Shown piece by piece: positions 23,674 through 36,503 of a stretch of DNA of 64,000 bases. A program made the translations under genes and the position numbers. Source of the DNA: Fistulifera solaris (taxonomy: Eukaryota). The notes under the pieces are model-generated. The model was given only the letters and a program-made list of their open reading frames with translations, made no database searches and was not told where the DNA came from. The stretch lies in contig AP026176.1 in assembly GCA_030295235.1 (NCBI GenBank), positions 372,001 through 436,000 on the forward strand. Reading direction: 5' to 3'. The first letter of the stretch is position 1; every line of letters starts with the position of its first letter.

Positions 23674-26600
23674 ATGGAAATCGAAACCGCAACTTCCGAT
23701 TCTGCAATCGCTGACGCTGCAACTATTGAGGTTGCTTCGCCGGCCAGCAATCGTTCACGAAAGATTAGTCTCAGTCCGGAAATCAGCAACAAAAGTGCAT
23801 CGAACAAAGCCACAACACTCGACACGCCTTCCGCGGATAAGGAGAGCTGGAAGGAACTGACTTGACGGAAACGAAAGAAGCGGAAGCCGAAGCGAAAGAG
23901 ACAGCACTCAAAAAGCCCGCGACATTGTGCGATGTTTACCAAGCTCTCATTCATCTTCCGACGCCGGGTGCCACGTGTTTGGGAGGAGTGGCTTCGGGAT
24001 TACCGACCGCACCCGGATTGACCGTGCCAAGCATCGGAACCGTGCCATTGCCCATTACCCGAAATGACAGCAAACACATTGAAAGCTGTGGCGGCAGCGC
24101 CTGCCTCGAAGGAAGCTTGGCGGATCGATGCGGAACAAGTGTCGTTGCAGCATCCCTCTTGGAACAAGCAGTTGGAAAAAATCGTTACCGCGCTTAGCCG
24201 GGCGTTTGCCCTTGTTCCGGAAATGGTGCAGGCACACCTTGACCAGTTGGTGTTGTTTGAAAAGGAAGTGTGTACCAAAAGAAGCCGACGAAAGAGGGAT
24301 GTTTGCGGCGCTCCTCATTCAGCTGCCCAGTGTCTTTCAGGGAGGAGCGGTCGTGGTTTCACACCATGGCAAGAAGCAACGATTCAAGTTGGATGATGCG
24401 GCTCCTTTTTCGTGTCATTCTGTGGCTTATTATGACGATTGTGAACACGACATCTTGCTGTTGACTTCCGGGTATCGCTTGGCTGGTGTATTCGTTGTCG
24501 TACCAAGGCCCCGAAATGCCGTCCAGCGCATGCATTTGATCAAGCCCGTGCCGCGATTCATTGTCGCCCAAAAATTCCCTTTTGCAATTCCATTGGATCA
24601 GCAATACACGGAAAAGGCGTTGACTCGTTCCGGAATCAATGCTTTGAAAGGAAAAGACAAGTCCGTCAGCGACTGCGGTTGCCGGCGCCGAAGGCTGGAT
24701 AGTGCTGATTGCACAAATGAAGCGCACGAATCGGAAACATTGTCGAAGTGGCTGGGGAGACTCCGACTCGGATGACTACGATGATGACGACGAGAATGGA
24801 GACATCCAAGTTGAAGGTCTGTACCATGCGGACGGATCGGATGCTCAAATGCACGGTAATTGGATCCTAAAACAGTTGGATATGGATGCGGTCGAAGATG
24901 ACGGCATGATTATGGAGGAGGACTATTTTGTCGATCAGACCATGTGGCAACTGTGTTCCAAAGGCAAGATGGAATATCCGGGAAACTGCGTCACTTACAC
25001 CGTTGGTATATTGATTGTCTTTTCCGACGCTGGTGTCTTTGAGCATGTGTGCCAATCCAACATTCACAACGGTGTAGCCGAAGTGGTGAAAGACCCCCAG
25101 CTTCTCCGTCGCTTGCTTGCTTTCATTGAAAAGAAAAAACCTACTCTTTCCTACGATGATTTTGGAAAACTGTACCCCATGTTGGCGAGTTCGGGTCTTG
25201 ACGTCTGGGAAAGCTTTATACGTTGGTCAGCTGTCTTTGCAAACTGACTCCTACACCCGAAGTTGCGGCTATTTTTTCGACGTTGGTGAAGGAGCTGGGT
25301 TGGAATGAAAACACCAAACCCATTATGTCGATTGTGGAGTCCATTCCATCTTGTTCCCCTGCGTTGCATCCCGCTGAACTTTCAAATACGGCCAACTTTC
25401 TTCACTTAATGGATTTGGCTGAAAAGGATGGATATATGAACGAAGTTCTCAGCAAAGTGGTCGCGGAATTCGTCGCGAACGATTGTGGAGGGCAAAGGCG
25501 AGGAAATTTGGTCGAGCCAACAACTCGTTGATTTGTCGTTTAAGTGGGGAAACGCTACTCAGTTCCAGGCGTTGCACAAATGGGTGGCCAAAGCGTCTTT
25601 AGCTACGATTACCAAAGTCCGATCCTGCCTTGAACGCAGCACGGAATCGTCATTGACAGAAGCAAAGGGCGCACTGACTAAGATGGTGATCGATGGTGAT
25701 AAGGATAAAGCCGTTGGTGACTTGGTTGCACGCAAAGATAAGTTGGAAGAGGCCCTTCGTGGCGGAAAACCCGAGTTTTTGTGGCGCATGCCAACTCCAA
25801 TCACACCTGTCGCCGCCCTCCGTGAATTCTTGCAAAGCGACCAACAAGCGACGGAAATCATCGTTGGTGGTGGAATCAAAAACGCCAAATTAGTTTATGA
25901 GAGTGCTGGTTCGGGTTGCTACTACGGCACATATTACAATACTCCCAACGAAGTTTTAAAACGAGGATTTAGTGTTGATATGAGGGCAACTGGAGTAGGT
26001 CATCGTGCCCGCCTTGAGGTGAAAAAGAGCGAGAGATTACTACGAGGCCAAGCTCGATGAATACGAGAAAAATGCGCAGGAGTTGCAAGAAGTGAATAGC
26101 GAGCTTCGCAAGCTGGGTGTTCGCGACAAAGGTTGATGAACCGGAGCCGAAAACGCGCCCGAATCGAAACGAGTCCCGAGAGCACGGACGTCGTTGAACG
26201 GCGAAAGTGGCCTTTGCCAAGGGAGTCAATATTCGTTGCAAGCATTTGGCCAGTGGTGATCTCCTTGAACGCAAACAAAAAGTTGGAAGAGGCAAATCGC
26301 GATGGCAAACCGGAATTTTCGTGGCGCATGCCGGGCCACCATATTTCAGAACGAGAACTACTAGCCTTCCTGCGCGAGTGATGACCAAGGTCCGACCTTG
26401 CTCCAGGTGAGTGGTGGAATCCAAAATGCACGACGAGTGGCGTCCTTGTACAATGGATCCTATCAGGGTACGTTTCTGAGTGTGGATGGATCGTCCCCCG
26501 AAGCTATTCTTCGGTAAAGGCTATAGCCTGACGGCGCCGTGAACCGGTCGTTCACGTCGCCGTTGTCATGAATAAAACTCGCGCTTATTCACGAAGCCAA

Positions 26601-26780
26601 GTTAGCAAAATATGAGGAAGATATAAAGGCTTTGGAAGAAGTGAAGGAAGAGCTTCGTAAACTTGACGTTGAAACGGATGATAAACTCGATGGTGAAACT
26701 GATGCCAAGCCTGCCCCTCAGACGGGAATGCTGTTGAATGAAGTGCGAGTGAGAGTCCGGTCAGTATTGAATTAAAATAA
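23674..26780 (+). pseudogene. Decayed 2OG-Fe(II) oxygenase-domain protein with duplicated C-terminal module (3' end approximate)
   Basis: Fragments in changing frames: PGLTVPSIGTVPLPI, AWRIDAEQVSLQHPSW, GMFAALLIQLPSVFQGGAVVVSH, AYYDDCEHDILLLTSGYRLA, IPLDQQYT, LKGKDK. At least eight frame breaks, and the expected HxD motif is not recognisable. Confidence 0.7.
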
Positions 26781-27341
26781 AAAAACTTTAAGTCAACTAA
26801 AAATTGTGTGTGAAACGGTGTTTGCGTTAGCACAAGAACATGTCGGAAAAGTGTCGAAATGAACATCGTTGGTTTAGTTTTTACTATAGCCATATAGTGT
26901 GGCTTACCTTTCGCCATGACTGCATTTCAGTCATGAGACACGCTTCTTCATTTCGTAAGGTTACATGGATTCCGCGTTAAACGAGGAGCTTCCTTTAACA
27001 CATTTGCCGCCAGGTATCTCTCACATTTGAATCAATTTGATGAAGGTCAATTGTCATTCATTAGCTCTATACTGACTCTCTCGACTAACAATTCATTATT
27101 ATTATTATTATTATTTCTAGATCGACATACTTCTCCGTTGGGTACCGCTACGAACACCGTACTTTGCCAAGGACAATATAACACGTTTTGTTCGCCTTTT
27201 GCACTTCGCACGCGTTTCTCGTCATCGACGATGATGAAAACGAAATATAAATAACAAAGACCCGAGCCTTTCCTGTTATTTTTACGAAAGCGCTCCTGTG
27301 TTTCTTCCTTCAATCGCTTTATTTGACAATCGACAGCTCGA

Positions 27342-28629
27342 ATGTCCTCTACATTGAAAGAACGCCTCAAGAAAATCGATACACACAGTTCCGTATCGAA
27401 TGAGTTTCGCGTCTACACCGTCTCCGGCGCCGTCCTTTCGGTAACGACCGTTTGCTTTATTTTATACTTGGTGTGGACGGAAATAACGTTCAACTTTCAA
27501 ACCACCGTCCAACAACGCGTTCATGTGAATGCGACGAGTCCTCGCGGTCTGGAAATGGAATTTGATATCACGTTGCATTCCGTGAAATGTTCGCAACTCA
27601 GTATTGATGCCCAAGATCCTTCCGGACAAAGCATGTCGTTGCATCTCGATAAAGAACATCATGTATGGAAACATCGGGTGGAAATAGCGGATGATGGAGC
27701 GAAATTCAACGTCATTGGGTCACGCAATAAAATTGAATTGGGGAGCACCTTACTCGATATGGAGACAGTCGAATACAAAATTGCCGAGAACTCGGAACTA
27801 ATGCAAGATGAAAACGATAATGATTGTTTGAGTTGTTACGGAGCCGGAGATGAGGACGAGTGCTGTAATACGTGTGAAGATGTACAACGGGCGTACAAAC
27901 GAAAAGGATGGGCGTTACCGGACTTGAGCACCATTGCGCAATGCCGACAATCGCCACAAACCGACGAAGGCGAGCACGAAGGCTGTAATGTGCATGGCAA
28001 AGTCGCACTGGATTCGGGAGGTGGTAATTTGCACCTCGCTCCCGGGGAAGATATGGCGAATGGCTTGACGCGACCCGCGTCGGTCAGTTTGTTTGATCTG
28101 TTGTTGCTGAAATTTCATGAATGGAACGTCACCCATACTATTCACAAGTTACGATTCGGACCCGAGCATCCCGATGCGATTTATCAATTAGAAGGGCAAA
28201 AACGGGTGGTGAAAGATTCGCACGGAATGTATCAATATTATTTGCAGGTAAGATGATCGACGCGACGCCAGTCATGGTCCTCTGGCGCTAAAGTTATCTC
28301 ACAATCACCCCTTCACATCAACTATGCAGATTATTCCGACGCAATACAAATTTCAGAACGGTACTACTATACAAACGAACCAATACAGTGTCACGGAACA
28401 TTTACGGCATGTCCCACCCGGATCGAATCGCGGTCTGCCGGGCGTGTTTTTCTTTTACGAAGTGAGTCCGCTGCATGTGGAGATTACGGAAGGCTATCGG
28501 AAAGGATGGATTGCCTTTGTTACGAGTGTTTGTGCAGTAGTGGGAGGTGTCGTCACAACCATGGGATTGTTAGATCAGTATTTGTTTGGTCGAAAGGATT
28601 CGAGAACGCGACAGCAATTGGCGTTATGA
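27342..28629 (+). CDS. ER-Golgi intermediate compartment protein ERGIC3/Erv46-like, one intron (~28248-28329)
   Basis: CLSCYGA...CCNTCEDVQRAYKRKGW, EGCNVHG, GNLHLAPG, NVTHTIHKLRFG, MYQYYLQ, TNQYSVTEH, LPGVFFFYEVSPL, SVCAVVGGV. Confidence 0.95.
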
Positions 28630-28676
28630 AAAAGGTTTATTTTCTATAGCCGTGATTACAATCACTATTATTATTG

Positions 28677-29033
28677 TTATGAACGCATCTGCAAAGCTTT
28701 GCGCAATTCACTGCTCTCGTCTTTTTCGGGAACTTTCCGTCGCGGGCTTTGTGTCTTTCGAGGACTGGGAATTCGTTTGGGGGGAGTGGGCGCCATGGAC
28801 GATCGTTTCTGCGGTAGCAGATTGCTTTCACTGGACTTTCGTTTCGGTGGAGATATAGTGGGAGAGTGGTCGGAGCAACACGCATTCCATCGATCGTCTT
28901 GTGAAAGTGGTGTTGACATATGGATTATAATGTGATCATCGTGATCGTCGTCCCACTGAAAAGACGAATCGTCCACGGACGCGTCGTCCGAAACGTACCT
29001 TAGTTCCACTTCCTTCGGAATGTCGTTCAGCAT
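28677..29033 (-). CDS. Small disordered protein with DRW...PxxPxRxxS motifs (paralog of 30243-30641)
   Basis: Aligns with the next ORF over DDRW, ISPPKRKSS, MAPTPPKRIPSPRK, PRRKV.EK. Confidence 0.65.
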   Translation of the reverse strand: MLNDIPKEVELRYVSDDASVDDSSFQWDDDHDDHIIIHMSTPLSQDDRWNACCSDHSPTISPPKRKSSESNLLPQKRSSMAPTPPKRIPSPRKTQSPRRKVPEKDESSELRKALQMRS

Positions 29034-30242
29034 TGTAGGCTTCTAATCATGCTTTTATGAATGCAGAGTTCAAAATAATGGAATGCCGAATAAAGTTTGT
29101 TGGTGAAGATGGCGATGGCGGCATCCGTCATCAAATGGTAAGCTTTTTATTTCGGAATTTCATCTACTGCAAGTACGGTATCCTTTGCGCTACTTGCTGA
29201 AAGCAGAACAGGTTAATTATTCGACGGGGCAATAGCGCTTTTCTTGACAATAGAAACAAAAAGTAGAACGAAACTATGAAGCTAGAATGCAAAATCAAAA
29301 AGTGTCCTTTTTACGCCCAATGTCCAATCTCTACTTTACACTCTACACACATTATCGGATATCGGATTTTCGACGAAGGGTGTTTGGTGCAAGTTTGGTG
29401 TCAGACGTTTGACAGTTGACAGTAGACAGTGCCAATAAAATATAATGTGGACTAAAAGCCAATTGCAACTGTTTCTATCGTGTGACCAAGTGTGACCTTG
29501 TATAGGGCAAAGCTGTATGAGATGATGCATGACTCTAAATGCAGAACGCAGAGCTCGTATTCTTTCATCATGATGATGTATCCTTTGCTGTGTAATAAGT
29601 CACTAAAGGCCCTTGCCTTTAGTTCACATTTCTCCCTCGCCGCTTTCCGCTTTCCGCTAAAAAAGCTACGTTGCATCGAAGATCGGATCTCAGAGACTCA
29701 GAGCTGAAGCAGGCGTAGGCGTAGGCTGTAGCTTCTAGCTTGTGCCCAAAGCGTGAGGTTTACTGAACGTTGACCTTGCCTTCTTCATAATTAGAAATCC
29801 AGCAGTAAATCCTTTTCTATGTTCATAGTTCATAGTTACTACCTATTGGTTCTAAGATCGACCAGTAAGCTCTAGGGGCTCGCACTAAGCACTATGAACC
29901 GGCTTGTTCTTCTAGTCGTGTCATTCCGTCAAGTTCATACGGAAGAATGAATTACATGCTCCATGCCATTATGCCATTCTTGTTGCATTATTTTTGTCTG
30001 ACGTGGCATCCCCGTCTCCTATTACGGTTTGAAACGCTAAACTCGGCTTCCTTTGCCGTCGCCACAGACTCTCCTAGAGCAATAGTCTGGTGCTTCGTGC
30101 TAGTGCGTCAATACCGAGATCTGAGATAATGGTTCACGTCGGGGTGGCTATCGTAATTGACAAAAACATGAAATTCGCTGCTCTATTATTTATAACCGAT
30201 GGCTCACTAAAATTGATAGTGAAAATTTTATCGCAAAATTAT

Positions 30243-30641
30243 TTATTTCAATAGCAGATGTGGCTTCCGGAGGTCGCCTGCTTTGACCTTTTCAAAAACT
30301 TTTCGCCTTGGCGTTTTCCGTGGACTGGGCAATCGTAAGGGTTTGACAGGTGCCATGCGTGACTTTTTTAGCATCAGCTGACATGGTCCACTCGGCTGGC
30401 GTTGCGGCGGTGATATACGGGGCGACTTTTCACGGAAGGAAGGACTCCATCGATCTTCTCTGCACTGCTTTGTCGATGAGCTGATTTCGCGCTCCGGTTC
30501 CGCAGGTTCTGTATCCATTGGGACAACTTCCGGTCCCATCGTTTTCGACCAGTCTGCGGATCTATATTGAATCACGACAACGCGGGGAACGCAGTCCATT
30601 GTCGGTCGCGCCAGTTCGTCATGGGTTATGCTGGGTCTCAT
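30243..30641 (-). CDS. Small disordered protein with DRW...PxxPxRxxS motifs (paralog of 28677-29033)
   Basis: EDRW, ISPPQRQPS, MAPVKPLRLPSPRKTPRRKVFEK. Confidence 0.65.
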   Translation of the reverse strand: MRPSITHDELARPTMDCVPRVVVIQYRSADWSKTMGPEVVPMDTEPAEPEREISSSTKQCREDRWSPSFREKSPRISPPQRQPSGPCQLMLKKSRMAPVKPLRLPSPRKTPRRKVFEKVKAGDLRKPHLLLK

Positions 30642-31527
30642 GGCCGAGATTTTGGTTTTGTTTATTATGCCGATTGCGCAAAATATCTGTAAGGTGTAAG
30701 ACTCCCCAACAAAGTTTTAAACTTTGAAGGGCGCGAATTACAGCAGAAACTAGACTCAGTACTCTTATTCTTAAGCAAAAGTGCTATAGAATATGATGTA
30801 GATGGCGTGCAGCATGACGTCATTCGCCTACAATCTACTCCGTATGTCAAGAAGTGATGACGGCCTTAAGCACTCTTTACTACACAAAATATTATACTAG
30901 AAGTCTTTTATTGCATATCTGTACATTCCCCTATCATGATCTTCACCAGTGGGACTACTAAGTGTATCTTGTGTGTCTTATTGCCCCCTTTCGTACAGTC
31001 GCTATCTTATGTCACGTGTGTAGCGAATGCCACATGCCACAACAATTTGACAATGCGAGAGATCGACGCGCAAAAAGCTGCTGAATGCCGTATGTTATCA
31101 CTCTTTTCTTTTCGCATGTGTTAATTGCTCCTGAAGTGCTCAATCCAAACTCCAAACACTTTACTTACTTTCCTTCCGACTCTTGCAACTTTAACAGCGA
31201 ACGCAGATCAACAACGTCATCGAGGCTCCTTACGAAGTTCGCAACATTCAACAAGCACCGAGGTAATCCACCATGACGCACTGCTAATTCTTTTGTAGCA
31301 CTGGTCTTAAAACGCTTCAATGATTCGTAGCGACGAGCTACAAGGCGCTATTTGTAACAATTTTTTACATCCGCACTTTATTCGGTGTAGCGCTTTCGGT
31401 GTTCGACGTGGATGTATAGCGAAGGCCGTTTGAAGAGTCAGCAAAGGTGACAATTCTATGCCGACACCGCAAATCATTCATTATTAACCTACAAAAATAG
31501 CCGGATCTAACATCTATTAGCTTGACT

Positions 31528-32688
31528 TTAAGCCGCCGTATCCGAAGGATAAATCGTATCTGCCATATCCCACAATTCGGCTTCCCGTAAACAGTCGGCC
31601 ACTGCTTCTCGCACTTGCCGATACGGTGTCTTGTCCAAAACAGCGAAATCCAAGATGTCATTGGCTCGTTCGACCGCTCGTTGTTGCGGTGTCTTGTCGT
31701 CATCTTGTTGTTGCTGTGAAGATTCCGCCTGTTTGATTTTGAAGTACCACTCCCGAACAATGGCGTGTGAGTCATTACTACTCGACGACGTCAATTGTCC
31801 CAAATCCACGACAACATCTTGCCATGCAGGTGCCGTTTCCATGAATGGCAGTTTCGTATCGACCAGGGTACTCAGCGGCAGGCGCAAACACGTCCGTGCC
31901 GCATCGCGTGCTTCTTCCTCACGATTCGGGCACTGCGACAGCAATTGCGCGTAAAACAACGAATGGTGTCCCATCGGCGTACTGCATTTCGCTTGACACG
32001 TTTCGGCCGCAATGAGAGCACTGGCTTCATCCTGACGGTCCTTCCAATGACTCCAGGCCACAGCTTGATACAGATCGGTGAAGGGTCCCACTTTGAGTAA
32101 AGTGTATTTGTCGGGTCCGTACGGAAATTGTTGTGCGGCTCCGGCGGTGTACACTGTGGTGGCGCCATCATTGTACAGCGATAAAAGTGTTTCCGTTTGT
32201 GAGTCTTGGATTGTTTCGTGCGCAATCACGAGACGCTGCATGAACTGCTCTGCATTCTGCGCGAGCCATTGATAGCCGTGTTGTTGGGTTGTTGTGTAAA
32301 CTAGCGGCCAATCGGCTTTGGTGGTCGAAGCCAACTCGTCGGAAGGATTGCGTAGGGCACAAATGTATTCTTTTTGGTCACTCACGGCCAAGGGTACTAA
32401 ATAAGGATGCAAATCCCAGGTCGTGTCATCCGTCAGTGCTTGAATCAATTCGGGGGCCGCCATGGGTTCCCAAGTATTCGAGGAAGGAATGCCGGGTATC
32501 ATCGAGCAGTGTTGCAACATGGTTTGCAACGTACTTTTTCGAGAAATGCCGACATTATTCACAGAAGACGAAGAATACAGGCGCGTGGAAGTAACGACAG
32601 GTGCTCTGGAAACACTCCACGCATGTGTCTTTGCCGCAAAGCGAGTGAATTGTAACAATAAAAGCATTTTTACAGAAGATTGATTCAT
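31528..32688 (-). CDS. PAB-like protein (Protein in chloroplast ATPase biogenesis family), probable plastid leader
   Basis: LHPYLVPLA, LAQNAEQFMQRL, DKYTLLKVGPFTDLY, SALIAAE, NREEEARDAARTCLRLPLSTL resemble PAB as recalled; leader ending THA-W followed by an S/T/R-rich stretch. Confidence 0.65.
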   Translation of the reverse strand: MNQSSVKMLLLLQFTRFAAKTHAWSVSRAPVVTSTRLYSSSSVNNVGISRKSTLQTMLQHCSMIPGIPSSNTWEPMAAPELIQALTDDTTWDLHPYLVPLAVSDQKEYICALRNPSDELASTTKADWPLVYTTTQQHGYQWLAQNAEQFMQRLVIAHETIQDSQTETLLSLYNDGATTVYTAGAAQQFPYGPDKYTLLKVGPFTDLYQAVAWSHWKDRQDEASALIAAETCQAKCSTPMGHHSLFYAQLLSQCPNREEEARDAARTCLRLPLSTLVDTKLPFMETAPAWQDVVVDLGQLTSSSSNDSHAIVREWYFKIKQAESSQQQQDDDKTPQQRAVERANDILDFAVLDKTPYRQVREAVADCLREAELWDMADTIYPSDTAA

Positions 32689-33026
32689 CCTAAATGTGTA
32701 TTCGTCGTTTTTCTCCTTTTGCGAAACAAACTAAGGAGAGATGTGTGCTGTACGTGTTAATTGAACGCTATAGAATAGAAGTGACTTGATTTTCTAAACT
32801 TATGAAGTGTAAAGTGGTTGTTAATGCAATGAAATGAACGATGAGGAGAAAATGTCGCGTTTTCGTGCGATGCGAGTGACGCACCTGGTGGACCGACGTA
32901 CAGACAGACGAAGAGGGACTGAAACGCACGACTCCTCACTTGTCGTCGCTTCTCGCTTTGTTGTTATTAGTCACGCAACTTGTCCCCGAATGCCGACATC
33001 CTAATATCGTTGGATCAGACTCTATG

Positions 33027-34184
33027 TTACAAATCAGATGGCATCCAGAACCACAGACTCGTATACACAAACGAGTCTTTGTGTTTCCACGCCCCTGGAA
33101 GTTCAATGGCATCCGCTTGTGCCGTCAAACGCTCCGCATCTCCTCCCCGCTTGTCCCAATCGTGACACAAGGCCGCATACGCCCGCAATGCGTAGCGCAA
33201 TTGCAATTTTTCTATCAGGGTCCGTGGTGGAGCCACCGAAATGGCCGTTTGCAACAATCCTTCGGCCGTCACGGCACTGCCCGACCGGTGATAACATTGT
33301 GCCAACAATGTCAAGGGAACCGTCAATGCTACGTTTGATTCTTGTTTCTGTTGCTGTTCGAGTAATTTCAAACTATCGTGGGCATACTTCGAGGCTTGTT
33401 CAATGTCTTGTAATTGCAACAATCCCCACGCCATGTTGGCGTGCAATTGACTTTGTAGAATAAGAGCCATAGGATGTTGTTGTTTCGTAGCGTGTTTCTT
33501 CCACCACGTCAAGCCTTGTTTCCATTCCCGCAAAGCTGGATCGATGGGAATGTCGGTCGTAGGACGATGGTGCGACAATAAGTCAGCATAGACGACCTGC
33601 GCCACACCGAAATTCAGAGCCGCCCACTGCGGATGATGCAAGGCATTGCGACGAAACGGATCGCGGACCACAAACAAATCATCCAATGAAGCAGCTTGCA
33701 ACAATTGCGATAGTGCGTAACCATTGCGCGCGGCGAGTGTCACGTCCTTGGTGACAGTCTCATCGTCGAGTAGGTGTTGACACAGATCGGAAGCTTGCGC
33801 GAATTCTCCCTGCATCCAATACGATTTCGCGAATGCCAGTTGTATGAATGGCGATGATTGTCGTTGTAATAATTGTTGAAGTGTCGAAATCGGTGATTCA
33901 CCCCGCCGGACTTGCACTTCGGCCGTCAATGCCAAAATGGCGGCGACTTCTTGACTGCCAATATGCTCAAAAATATCGTACGCACGGTGCAATGATTCCA
34001 GTGCATTCGCCTGCAAGGGATTGTGGAGAACTTGCGTCACATCGGGCAGTTGTTGCAAAGACGCCAGAGAATTTTGGACGAGCGAACTGTTTTGCAATCC
34101 CAAATGACACCACGAACCGTACGAGCGTTGGAGAGTAATATTTCTGAATATAAATTTTCCTATCGCTGTCGCTCGAAAGGGCAT
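33027..34184 (-). CDS. Hypothetical helical (TPR-like) protein, possible mitochondrial presequence
   Basis: Uninterrupted 385-aa ORF rich in A/L/Q helices (LAFAKSYWMQGEFAQA, LLAQCYHRSGSAVTAEGLLQTA). Confidence 0.7.
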   Translation of the reverse strand: MPFRATAIGKFIFRNITLQRSYGSWCHLGLQNSSLVQNSLASLQQLPDVTQVLHNPLQANALESLHRAYDIFEHIGSQEVAAILALTAEVQVRRGESPISTLQQLLQRQSSPFIQLAFAKSYWMQGEFAQASDLCQHLLDDETVTKDVTLAARNGYALSQLLQAASLDDLFVVRDPFRRNALHHPQWAALNFGVAQVVYADLLSHHRPTTDIPIDPALREWKQGLTWWKKHATKQQHPMALILQSQLHANMAWGLLQLQDIEQASKYAHDSLKLLEQQQKQESNVALTVPLTLLAQCYHRSGSAVTAEGLLQTAISVAPPRTLIEKLQLRYALRAYAALCHDWDKRGGDAERLTAQADAIELPGAWKHKDSFVYTSLWFWMPSDL

Positions 34185-34530
34185 TGTTTCTTTAGGAATA
34201 ACTTTAAAGAAAGAGAGTGAAAGGAACGAAAGGAATGAACAGAAAAGAAGAACAAGAAGATAATATAAGAACAGCAACAAAAATCTATAAAAACATCAAA
34301 TACTCGCAGTAATTGTTTGCGAGCAAGGACTCGCGACTGACATCAAGTCCTGGAGAAAGCGGACTACATTTTATTGTACATCATAGTGGATGGGGAAAAT
34401 AGTCTCGGAGATTTATATAAGACATTTAAGTTCTTGAGGAAGTCAGTTTTGCTAGTGAGGCCGAATAAAACAGACCAAATGATTTCTGTATTCTATAACT
34501 CCGTATACCTTCGTGAAGCTTTCTAAGCCA

Positions 34531-35932
34531 TTAAACATTACTTGTGAGCGCGACGTGGCGAACTTCACCGGCGTCGTCCATGTAAACAATCGAGATCATT
34601 TGATCGCCAATGTATGCGTAATTGGTCGAACCAACTCGACCGTTGTTGTTGGCAGCTTCGACTGGTTGTCGGTTCAACCAATTCATTCCGTACTGTATAG
34701 CATAATCCCTTCCACTGTCACTGCTCATTTCTCCCCGTTCTTCCTGCGTCGACTCCGGAAGAGAACAAGTCACCGAGGCATTCACTCCATTAAATGGTTT
34801 CGCGGCATCGTAACTGACTTCGTAACCAATATCCTCCAAGGTCGCGACGGTCAATCGCGACATCGTAGGGACCGCATTCCGCACAAACCCCGTCATGAGT
34901 TCATTCGTCAAGGACAATTCATCAAAATGAGAACACGACGTGCCCGGACCACCATCGTTTTCAATGGGAATGCTCGTTCCCACACAGCCACTCAGGATTT
35001 GCCATTCGGTGCTGGCCGCCGAATCGAGTTTGTAATTGCAGGGTCGTTGTGTCGAATCCGTCAATCCTTTTATTTTCCAAATGGCGCCATTGATGCCGTA
35101 CTGAATCGTTGATTAAAGACGAAGAAGTAAAGAAGGGATGCATAGAATGTATGAGAACAATTGAAGCTCACACTGTGCGCAAAGTGTTTTTACTCTTGCA
35201 ACGTACCACGTGTCCAATCTCGTGAAGCTGAACGAAATGAGATGAATTCACAGAATACAGCGTTAGCACAATAAATCTTTTCACGACTGCAGAAACACGG
35301 CACAAACTCACAATGACTTCATCGAAAATGCCTTGTTGCACCATAAAGTCAACATCGGCTTCATCAAAGACCATTCCACCCATGAGAGGAATGCTCGAGT
35401 CCCTCCGGATAAATTCGGCACCCGCCTGGCCCAACACTCCACCTGGCCCGTCGATCGGTTGTACATTGACACAAATCAGAATATCATCAATCACCCGGGG
35501 GATCGATCGTGCGGTACAGAAGCGAGATTGCTGTTTCGCCGTCGCAGGGAGTTGAATGCTGGGCAAATCACCCGTAATGACTTGATTCCATTCCGTCGCG
35601 GCATTCCGAAAGACCGTACGCAATTGGGAATCTCGAACATTGCGCAAATTTAGTGTTGTGTCAAAGCCCGGATACGATTGATTCCATTCGTCACACGTGC
35701 CGCATTCCCAATCCGGCGTCAGTCGAAATCCGATGGGCCGACATTGTTCGACACACGAATCATCCGGTTGGATGCGTCGCATGCGATTGCGAAACATCCC
35801 ACATCCTTGACAGCTATTCAAAATCAATTCACGCTCTTCAGCATCGGAACGCAATCCCTTGCCTTGGACGTGAAGAAAACCGCTGATGAAGAATGTTAAG
35901 AAAACAGACACATTGGATAGATTCGTCTTCAT
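34531..35932 (-). CDS. Secreted M8/leishmanolysin-like zinc metallopeptidase; exons 35932-35312, 35227-35207, 35100-34531
   Basis: Signal peptide; IDGPGGVLGQAG; LHEIGHV; PIENDGGPGTSCSHFDE; Met-turn ELMTGF; TVATLEDIGY; canonical GT-AG sites. Confidence 0.9.
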
Positions 35933-36503
35933 GATTACTTTTCGACGTAAGGAGGCCTAACCCAGGAATCCGGAAACACGTCCGCTTGCCTCGTGATTGC
36001 CGAGCTATTAACAAGACACAGAAGAGATTTCAACAACGCTCCGAAGCGCCGCCGCCTCAACGATATGCTTCATTGAAAGAGAAACCGACATTTCACTTTT
36101 TCCGCTTTTTTCATCGGCGCGCCGCCGAAGAACCGCATGTTTTCCTTCTCCGACGAGGGCTATTGTAGACATCGGTGTAGTGACAGCACTTAACACATGC
36201 TATTATTTTCGAATGACCGAATTCTTTGCTAGATAAATCTTCTGATTATGCCTCTTAGTGTACTTTGCCGGTGTTATAGCGGATAGCAGTGGACTACTTT
36301 GTCATCGGTTCGACAAAAGATCCAAGGCGGTGCGACACGCCAGATTCCGTTGTCCATTTCCGAGCTAATGCAGTTAGGGCCACTTTCTTGCTCTCAGCGC
36401 AGAACCGCAGGTTAATTATCCAACCATTAAAGATTTGAAAAGATCGGCGCGTCTCAGAAACGACCGTCAAACACTTTGTCATCCTTTCTCGTCTTATAGG
36501 CGC

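Noticed and set aside
26531..26563. 13-bp hairpin ACGGCG-C-CGTGAAC...GTTCACG-T-CGCCGT
   Set aside because: Single instance within decayed coding sequence; no supporting context.
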